Below are positions 15,965 to 22,436 of a DNA stretch of 64,000 nt, in pieces. The notes under the pieces were generated by a model. That model saw only the letters and a list, made by a program, of their open reading frames with translations, was not told the DNA's origin and searched no databases. Within the stretch, counting starts at the first letter, position 1, and the number at the start of each line of letters is the position of its first letter. This DNA comes from an uncultured delta proteobacterium (GTDB lineage Bacteria > Desulfobacterota > Binatia > UTPRO1), in the NCBI GenBank assembly GCA_963753325.1, contig CAVWBS010000001.1:2667945-2731944 (forward strand). The letters run 5' to 3'. Made by a program: the position numbers and the translations under genes.

Positions 15965-17878
15965 TCATGCCGCCTTCGGATCGACGTAGGAATAGATGAC
16001 GACCGTGTCCTTGTGCTCGCGATCGAGCTCGCGCAGGCGCACCCGCACGCGCTCGTGCGGCGCCGTCGGAAGGTGCTTGCCGACGTAGGTCGGCTTGATC
16101 GGCAGCTGACGATGCCCGCGGTCGATCAGGACCGCAAGCCGCGCCTCGCGCGGCCTCCCGTAGCGCCAGATGGCGGCGAGCGCCTCCTTGACCGTCCATC
16201 CCGAGTTGATCACGTCGTCGACGACGACCACCGAGCGATCGGCGATCGGTACGGGGTCACCGTCGGCACCACTGCCCGGCCAGCGCTGGATCGCGTCCGA
16301 GCCGGCGTGCACGTCGACGACTCCGAGCTCCACCTCGACGCCGCGAGCGGCACGGATGCGCTCCGCCAGGCGATGCGCCAGATAGGCGCCCGCGGTCTTG
16401 ATGCCGACGATGACGAGATCGTTCAACTCCGGCGTCTCCGCGAGGATGGCGTCGGCCAGCGCCGCGAGGCTGCGCTCGATCTCGCCGGCGTTCATGATCG
16501 CCTTCTGCGGACCGAGCTTGTACGGCTTGTACCCCGCTTCCTCGGCTTGTTTCACCGAGTCGAAGATCACGAGGGTGCCGTCGCGCATCCACCCGTCGAG
16601 GTAGCCGTACATCGGCTCCTCGTAGACGTGGAAGTGCCGCGACTTGCGGTTGCCGATCACCTGGATGCGCACCTCGTGCTCGCAGTAGAGGCACACGAGA
16701 TGGCCGCCCCCGCCACTCTCGCGACGCAGGCGGAAACGGCGCTCCGACGCGACCTCCTCCCGCCGCGTGACGCAGTTCGCGTTGCCGCAGCGCGGGCCGA
16801 CGCGGATGGTGCCCTCGCTGCGCGGCAGCGCGCGAGGCGTCGCCGCCGCGGCGCCGCGGTGATCGAGCAGGAACGTGACGAGCGCCATGCGCACCGGGAC
16901 CCCGTATGCCGCCTGCTGGAAGTAGACACTGCGCGGATCGCGGTCGAGCGCCGCCGAGATCTCGCCCGTACGCGGCAGCGGGTGCATGAGCAGCGTGTGG
17001 CGCATCGACGGATCCTGGAACGTCTCCTGATCGACGCGCAGATACTCGACGCCATCGTCCGCCGTCTCCTGCCGCTCGCGCTGCTGGCGCGTCATGTAGA
17101 GCGCGTCGAGCGTGATCGGCTCGGCCGCCGCCAGCCGCTCCTCCAGGTCGAACTCCTCGTCAGTGAAGAGCGTCAGCTGATGCGGCTTGGCCGGCGTGAG
17201 GTAGAGCGCGTGCACGTCCTGCGCGAGCGCCTTCAGATCGTCGGGGCGCGCGATGCGCGGTCGGTAGGCGTACTCGTCCGCGAGCTGCTGCAGCAGCCAC
17301 GCCGGGAACTCCATCCCGCGCACCGGCACGATGACGATGTTGGCGCCGAAGCGTGCCAGCGCGCGCACCAGCGAGTGCACGGTGCGGCCGTACTTGAGAT
17401 CGCCGCCGACCGCGACCGTCAGGCCCTTCAACGTGCCCTTGGCACGGCGCAGGGTGTAGAGGTCGCAGAGCGTCTGCGTCGGGTGCTCGTGGCTGCCGTC
17501 GCCCGCATTGATGACCGGAATGTCGGCGCTCTCCGCCGCGAGGCGCGCCGCGCCATCCCAGAAGTGCCGCACGACCAGCAGATCGGCGTAGCTGGAGATC
17601 ACCTTGATGGTATCGGCGAGCGTCTCCCCCTTGGCGGCGGACGAGCTCTTCATGTCGGAGGCGCTGATGACGGCGCCGCCGAGCCGCCACATCGCCGCCT
17701 CGAACGACAGCCGGGTGCGCGTGCTCGGCTCGTAGAACACCGTCGCCATGATCGCGCCGGCGGCGGCGTGCACCTTCTCGCGGCTCTTGAGGGCGGCCTC
17801 CATGCGCTCGGCGCGGCCGAAAATCTCCTCGATCTCCTCGTCGGCGAGATCGGCGATGGCGAGCACGTCGCGCGTCAT
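15965..17878 (-). CDS. pyrB: Aspartate carbamoyltransferase catalytic chain fused to a PyrI-type zinc domain, an Ada-like Cys-less module and a PyrR-like phosphoribosyltransferase domain
   Basis: Uninterrupted 637-codon ORF.
- aa 1-338 form the ATCase (EPSTRTR, HEHPTQ, MHPLPR).
- aa ~358-405 are the zinc domain: PRCGNANCVTR..LVCLYCEHEV.
- aa ~406-456 are GNRKSRHFHVYEEP..LVIFDSVKQAEEAGYKP.
- aa ~460-637 are VVVVDDVINSGWTVKEAL..LIDRGHRQLPIKPTYVGKHLP.
The ATG overlaps the pyrR stop (ATGA at 17875-17878). Confidence 0.85.
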   Translation of the reverse strand: MTRDVLAIADLADEEIEEIFGRAERMEAALKSREKVHAAAGAIMATVFYEPSTRTRLSFEAAMWRLGGAVISASDMKSSSAAKGETLADTIKVISSYADLLVVRHFWDGAARLAAESADIPVINAGDGSHEHPTQTLCDLYTLRRAKGTLKGLTVAVGGDLKYGRTVHSLVRALARFGANIVIVPVRGMEFPAWLLQQLADEYAYRPRIARPDDLKALAQDVHALYLTPAKPHQLTLFTDEEFDLEERLAAAEPITLDALYMTRQQRERQETADDGVEYLRVDQETFQDPSMRHTLLMHPLPRTGEISAALDRDPRSVYFQQAAYGVPVRMALVTFLLDHRGAAAATPRALPRSEGTIRVGPRCGNANCVTRREEVASERRFRLRRESGGGGHLVCLYCEHEVRIQVIGNRKSRHFHVYEEPMYGYLDGWMRDGTLVIFDSVKQAEEAGYKPYKLGPQKAIMNAGEIERSLAALADAILAETPELNDLVIVGIKTAGAYLAHRLAERIRAARGVEVELGVVDVHAGSDAIQRWPGSGADGDPVPIADRSVVVVDDVINSGWTVKEALAAIWRYGRPREARLAVLIDRGHRQLPIKPTYVGKHLPTAPHERVRVRLRELDREHKDTVVIYSYVDPKAA

Positions 17879-18405
17879 TGCAGCCGTACCTCGTCGGCGC
17901 CGTCGAGCTCGCGGACGCGGACGTGCACGCGGCGCCGCTCCCCGTGAGGGAGGTTCTGGCCGACGAAATCGGCCTTGATCGGCACCTGGCGATCGCCGCG
18001 ATCGACGAGCGCCGCCAGCTGAACCGCCCGCGGGCGGCCGAGCTCCCCGAGCACGTCCAGCGCAACCCGGACCGTCCGCCCCGTCGAGATCACGTCGTCG
18101 ATCAGCACCACGACATGCTCGTCGATCGGCAGCGGCACGTCGGTCGCGGTCACCTCGATGCGCTCGCGCGGCTGCTCGACGTCATCCCGATATGCCGTGA
18201 TGTCGATCGAGCCGACCGGCACCTCCTGGCCCGTCAGCTCGCGGATCTTGCCCGCGATCCGCTCCGCGAGATGCACACCGCGGGAGCGGATGCCGACGAG
18301 CACGAGCGTGGCGACCTGGGGATTGCGCTCGACGACCTCGTGCGCGATGCGCGCCAGGGCGCGTTGCATCTGCGCTGCCTCGAGCAGGAGGCCCTCCTCA
18401 GCCAT
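17875..18405 (-). CDS. pyrR: Bifunctional pyr operon regulator / uracil phosphoribosyltransferase PyrR (canonical copy)
   Basis: Intact 176-aa ORF: ..RALARIAHEVVERN..LVGIRSRGVHLAERIA..IDITAYRDD..VVLIDDVISTGRTVRVAL..LVDRGDRQVPIKADFVGQNLP. Confidence 0.9.
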   Translation of the reverse strand: MAEEGLLLEAAQMQRALARIAHEVVERNPQVATLVLVGIRSRGVHLAERIAGKIRELTGQEVPVGSIDITAYRDDVEQPRERIEVTATDVPLPIDEHVVVLIDDVISTGRTVRVALDVLGELGRPRAVQLAALVDRGDRQVPIKADFVGQNLPHGERRRVHVRVRELDGADEVRLQ

Positions 18406-18409
18406 GATG

Positions 18410-18448
18410 CAATAGAGAAAAGCCCTCCCGGCCGCAGCCGAGAGGGCT
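18410..18448 (-). promoter_or_regulatory. Intrinsic-terminator-like hairpin plus U tract in the pyrR leader (putative attenuator)
   Basis: In minus sense the stem is AGCCCUCUCGGC-UGCG-GCCGGGAGGGCU: 12 bp, of which 11 are Watson-Crick and 1 is G.U. It is followed by UUUUCUCUAUU and ends 5 nt before the pyrR ATG. In plus sense the stem carries an A.C mismatch and has no T tract. Confidence 0.5.
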
Positions 18449-18553
18449 TTCGAACGAGTGGGACACGAACGTGGAGAGGGTCACCGGACCGACCTTTCCT
18501 GACCTCGCAGGGTCAGATTAAAAGGTTCAAATGCTACGTACGCCCGGTGGTGG

Positions 18554-18955
18554 ATGATGTCAAGCAACGATCCCGCCGAGGCGTTTCGCCTCGACAAGTG
18601 GCTCTGGGCCGCGCGCCTCTTCAAGACCCGCGCGCTCGCCGCGGTCGCCGTGGACGGCGGCAAGGTGCACCTGAACGGCGCGCGCACGAAGCCCGCCAAG
18701 CAGGTGAATGTAGGCGACCTCCTCGTCATCCAACGGGGTGAGGACGAGCGCACCGTTCGTGTTCTCGCCCTCTCCACCCGGCGCGGTCCGGCCCCGGTCG
18801 CCGCCATGCTCTACGAGGAGACCGCCGAGAGCCAAAGCGCCCGGAGCAAACGTGCGGACCGTCGCGGCCTGATGCCGCAAGCTCCTCGTGCGGACGGGCG
18901 CCCCTCGAAGAGGGACCGCAGGGCTCTCACGCGCCTCACCCGGGGTCGCTACTAG
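18554..18955 (+). CDS. hslR: Ribosome-associated heat-shock protein Hsp15 (S4 RNA-binding domain)
   Basis: Intact 133-aa ORF: FRLDKWLWAARLFKTRALAAVAVDGGKVHLNGARTKPAKQVNVGD, followed by a basic tail. Confidence 0.85.
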   Translation: MMSSNDPAEAFRLDKWLWAARLFKTRALAAVAVDGGKVHLNGARTKPAKQVNVGDLLVIQRGEDERTVRVLALSTRRGPAPVAAMLYEETAESQSARSKRADRRGLMPQAPRADGRPSKRDRRALTRLTRGRY

Positions 18956-19101
18956 AGCGGCCGACGGTCCGCGGCGCCCACCGCGGAAGCTTGAGCCGCC
19001 GTTCTCCGCGAGGTAGAGGAACCCGCTCGGGCGCCACGCGGGGTGTCTCCACCTCGCGCCGGAGGCTCCCGAGCGGCACCCACTCCGTAACTTCGAGGGC
19101 G

Positions 19102-20682
19102 ATGGGAATCTTTACCCGACACGCCCTGACGGGTCGCGAACCAGCTACGTCAGGTTCCGATGGCGGCGGGGAGGAGGTCTGGACCCTTGTTCGCGACCGT
19201 TGGCGTCCGCTTCGCAGGCGCGATCGGCGATACGGCGCCGTCATGCTCGCGGTGTTCCTCCTCGGCGCCTGGCGATGGGCGGCGTTCGTCGGCTACGGGC
19301 AGCCCGGGCTGCTGACGTACATGGACTGGACACGCGCCGGTTACTACTACGCGGCGGTGGAAGATTCGCTGCGCCACTGGACTCTGCCGCTCTATTATCC
19401 CAGCGGCCTCGACGGCGAGTGGGTGAACTTCTACTGGGCGCATCCCGACACGCCCCTGCTGCCGCACATCCTCCTCCTGCGCTTCCTCGCGCCCGGAACC
19501 TTCATCCTGCTGACCACGCTGGCCTTCTACGCGGCGGGATGCGCGGGCGTACTCGCCCTCGCGCGACGCTACGACTTCTCGTTGACCGCCACCCTCCTCC
19601 TGGCAGTGCTGTTCCTGGGGAATGGCTACATCGTCGGGCACCTGAGGGCGGGACACGTCGCGTGGCTCGCGTACTTCCTCGTCCCCTGGTGGTGCGTGTA
19701 CACCTGGGCGCTTGCCGACGGGGTGGTCCTCCCGGGCACCGGCCTCGCGCTGGGGAGCATCCTGGCGCTCATCCTGCTGAACGGCGCCACGCACATCGCG
19801 ATCTGGTGCTGGGTCGTTCTCGCGATCATCGCGGCGACCCGCCCGCGCACGGCCCTCGCCGTCATCCACGGCGCCTGCTGGTTCGTGCTCATGACGGCGA
19901 TTCGTCTCGTGCCGACGCTCACCGTGTTTCCGCTGGACGTCGTCACGCACTTCGCGTGGCTCGGCGGCTACCGCTGGAACTTGCTCCTCGCCGCGATATT
20001 CGGCGGACAACCCTGGATACGGCTCCTTCACCCCTACGAGTGGGAATACGATGCCTACCTTGGCGGGCCGGCGATTTTGTTCCTCATCCTGTGCGGACTG
20101 CTCCTGCCGTTCTTCCTCCCGGGTCGCGGCCGCCACATCCGCCTGCTCGCAGCCGTCTCGCCGTTCGTCTTCGCCATGTGCGGAGACTCGATTGCGATTC
20201 TCCGCAACAATCCCAGCATTCCGCTCCTGAGCGGCGAGCGCATACCGACGCGCATGGTCATCATGCCGATCGTCGTCCTGATCATTCAAGCGTGCTGGTC
20301 GTTGGACCGGGTCTTGAAGCGGGCGGGTCCCGCACTCCGGCGTCCGCTCGTCACGTGCGCCGCCCTCCTCCTCTGCCTGACGACCGCCCAGCTCTCGGCA
20401 TACATGATCGTGAGCGCGCCGATCCCGCGGTCGCAGCTCATCGTTCCCCCGCCCTATTCTCCGACGAAGCCGAGCGGGAGCGGCTGGGGGGTGATGCCGA
20501 TCGCGGAGATCGAGCACGACCCACGGAGCACGAAGCGCGAGGTGACCTTCGACATGATCTATGTGGCCGCGATCAAGATGGGCGCCTTGATTACCGGCGC
20601 GGGTCTCGTCCTCGCGCTCGCACAGACACGCCGGGTCGCGGCATCCGGGAATTCGCGCCGGCCACCCGACGTCTCCCCGTAG
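19102..20682 (+). CDS. Polytopic integral membrane protein, function unknown (GT-C-like glycosyltransferase is only a guess)
   Basis: ORF 18991..20682. ATG at 19102 is the first plausible start. There are more than 10 hydrophobic segments (e.g. VMLAVFLLGAWRWAAFVGY, GTFILLTTLAFYAAGCAGVLAL, IAIWCWVVLAIIAA). I recognise no diagnostic motif. Confidence 0.55.
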   Translation: MGIFTRHALTGREPATSGSDGGGEEVWTLVRDRWRPLRRRDRRYGAVMLAVFLLGAWRWAAFVGYGQPGLLTYMDWTRAGYYYAAVEDSLRHWTLPLYYPSGLDGEWVNFYWAHPDTPLLPHILLLRFLAPGTFILLTTLAFYAAGCAGVLALARRYDFSLTATLLLAVLFLGNGYIVGHLRAGHVAWLAYFLVPWWCVYTWALADGVVLPGTGLALGSILALILLNGATHIAIWCWVVLAIIAATRPRTALAVIHGACWFVLMTAIRLVPTLTVFPLDVVTHFAWLGGYRWNLLLAAIFGGQPWIRLLHPYEWEYDAYLGGPAILFLILCGLLLPFFLPGRGRHIRLLAAVSPFVFAMCGDSIAILRNNPSIPLLSGERIPTRMVIMPIVVLIIQACWSLDRVLKRAGPALRRPLVTCAALLLCLTTAQLSAYMIVSAPIPRSQLIVPPPYSPTKPSGSGWGVMPIAEIEHDPRSTKREVTFDMIYVAAIKMGALITGAGLVLALAQTRRVAASGNSRRPPDVSP

Positions 20683-21116
20683 TCCTGGCGGCGAAAAGCC
20701 TTCTACCGCTTGCCCGTCGGCATGACGGCCCGATTGGACCGTTCACCCGCGCCGCATCGGGGCCGCAGCGAGGAGGTGCTCGGGCTCACCTCGGCCGTAC
20801 GGCTCCAGCGGATCATCGCTCGCTCCCGCGCGTGGCGTCGGTAGGTTCGTCCGCGGGGTGATGTCTCGCGAGCAATGACTGCAACTCCGGGTCGCTCATC
20901 CAAGCCGAGAGGATGGGCTGGCGCGCCATCGCCTCCGGCCACCGCAATGGACGATCGGCACGATGGAATCGAACGCGCGTCCCGCGGAAGTCGGCGTAGC
21001 GAAACCTTCCGGATGTCCCGGCGCAGGCTGCTGACTCCCAAGCAGCTGGTGAGCGAGCCATCGAGCGACCGAGCAGGGGCAACAAACGCGCGCCAGGAGC
21101 GTGCGGCGCCGCGGCG

Positions 21117-21946
21117 CTATTGCAGCTCGAACCGCTCCCGCAGCACCTTGAGCAGCGCGACGTTGTCGCTGTGGCCGGTCATCTGGGCCGTGACGAACCC
21201 GCGGAGCGGCCGCCCGAGCAGGTAGAAGTCGCCCATGATGTCGAGGATCTTGTGGCGCACCAGCTCGTCGGGGAAGCGCAGCGGCGTGTTCACGACACCG
21301 TTCTCGCCGATCAGGATGCAGTTGTGCAGCCGCCCGCCGCTCGCGAGGCCCATCTTCTCGAGGGTCTCGATCTCGCGCAGGAACCCGAAGGTGCGTGCCG
21401 GCGCGATCTCGCGCTTGAAGTCCTCGGTGCCGCCGAGACTGAAGGTGAACTCCTGTCGCCCGACGGGGTCCGGGTACTCGCAGGACGTAGTGGACGCCGA
21501 ACGTGTCGGCGGGCTCGATGGCGATGTACTCGCCGTCTCGCGGTCGCCGATCTCGTAGCGGCGATCGATCACGATCTCGTCGACGGCGCCGCCCTGGTCC
21601 TCGACGCCGGCGCTCTCGAGCAGGGCGCAGAACTCCGACGCCGAGCCGTCGAGGATCGGGATCTCGCCCTGCATCTTCACCAGCAGGTTCGTGATGCGAT
21701 AGCCGTGCAGCGCCGCGAGCAGGTGCTCGACCGTCTTCGCGACGATGCCGTCGTGGAAGAGCGTGGTCGCGTAGCCGGTGGAATCGACGTACTCGATCCG
21801 CGCCGGGATCGTCGCGGCCGTGGAGATGCTGCCGAAGACGATGCCGCTGCCCGGCGGGCAGCGGCTGCAGGATCAGCCCGGTGCGAATGCCGGAGTGCAG
21901 GCCCTGGCCGTTCGACGACCACGCTGCGGCTGATGGTGCGCTGCAC
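21117..21946 (-). CDS. lpxC: UDP-3-O-acyl-N-acetylglucosamine deacetylase; about 4 apparent frameshifts in this sequence
   Basis: The GTG at 21946 gives (M)QRTISRSVVVE. After a shift come GQGLHSGIRTGLILQPLPAG (frame of ORF 20896..22431), then ..VKMQGEIPILDGSASEF.. and REIAPARTFGFLREIETLEKMGLASGGRLHNCILIGENGVVNTPLRFPDELVRHKILDIMGDFYLLG (ORF 21117..21680). Confidence 0.85.
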
Positions 21947-22428
21947 CCACGGGCGCTGCGCCGAGCGGGCGCGCGAGCGTGGCGCCGGCGGCGTCGAGGT
22001 CTGCCCTCGACGGTCGCCGGCGCCTCGGCGGGCTGCGACTCGAGCGCGCGATCGACGACGTGCAGCAGACCGTCGAGCGAGAACGGCTTCTCGATGAAGT
22101 CGAAGGCGCCGAGCTTGGTCGCGGTGACGGCGGTCTCGATGTTGCCGTGACCGGAGATGACGATCACGGGCGTCACCGGGTCCGAGTCGCGGATGCGGCG
22201 CAGGAGCTCGATGCCGTCCATCTCCGGCATCCAGATGTCGAGGATGACGAGCCGCGGGCGCTCGCTCTCGATCAGCTGCAGGGCGCCACGCCCATCCTCG
22301 GCCTCGAGCACGCGATAGCCCTCGTCGGCCAGGATGCCGCGCACGCTCTGCCGGATGCCCGCCTCGTCGTCGACGACGAGAATGGTCTCCAGCCCCAAGC
22401 TCGACGCCGGATCGTGTTCGATACCCAT
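21947..22428 (-). CDS. Receiver-only response regulator with NtrX/NtrC-class REC domain; 3' end not determinable from this sequence
   Basis: MGIEHDP..ILVVDDEAGIRQSVRGILADEGYRVLEAEDGRGALQLIESERPRLVILDIWMPEMDGIELLRRIRDSDPVTPVIVISGHGNIETAVTATKLGAFDFIEKPFSLDGLL. The ATG at 22428 lies 4 nt after AGGAGG. No AAA+ or HTH domain follows. The as-given frame runs on into lpxC (ORF 20896..22431). Confidence 0.7.
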
Positions 22429-22436
22429 CACCCCTC

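Noticed and set aside
18499-18545. A possible tRNA-Cys-like element: the hairpin CTGACC-TCGCAG-GGTCAG contains GCA, followed by GGTTCAAAT.
   Set aside because: The loop has 6 nt and lacks the invariant U33. The sequence after GGTTCAAAT (GCTAC) cannot pair to form a T stem, and there is no acceptor stem. It is more likely just leader or promoter-region structure.
18449-18553. A search for a canonical PyrR binding loop (..UCCAGAGAGGCU..) in the pyrR leader.
   Set aside because: The best minus-sense match (CCGGGAGGGCU, in the terminator 3' arm) is about 7/11. A slightly better GGAGAGGGU lies on the wrong (plus) strand. I report the attenuator structure but do not claim a PyrR box.
20945-21010. 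A tRNA/tmRNA-like 3' fragment: the minus strand reads ..GGGACGCGCGTTCGATTCCATCGTGCCGATCGTCCA, with a T-loop-like GTTCGATTCC and a terminal CCA.
   Set aside because: The flanks of the putative T stem (GCGCG / CCATC) are not complementary, and no acceptor stem, anticodon arm or D arm can be drawn. A full tmRNA would have to extend into lpxC. A 10-mer match is within chance expectation for 128 kb of two-strand sequence. At most it is a decayed att-site remnant.
20813-21085. A 90-aa minus-strand ORF downstream of lpxC (..WPEAMARQPILSAWMSDPELQSLLARHH..), considered as a possible small gene.
   Set aside because: It has no recognisable family and no SD, and it competes with equally long ORFs in the two other frames. 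It is left unannotated and flagged as part of the gap finding.
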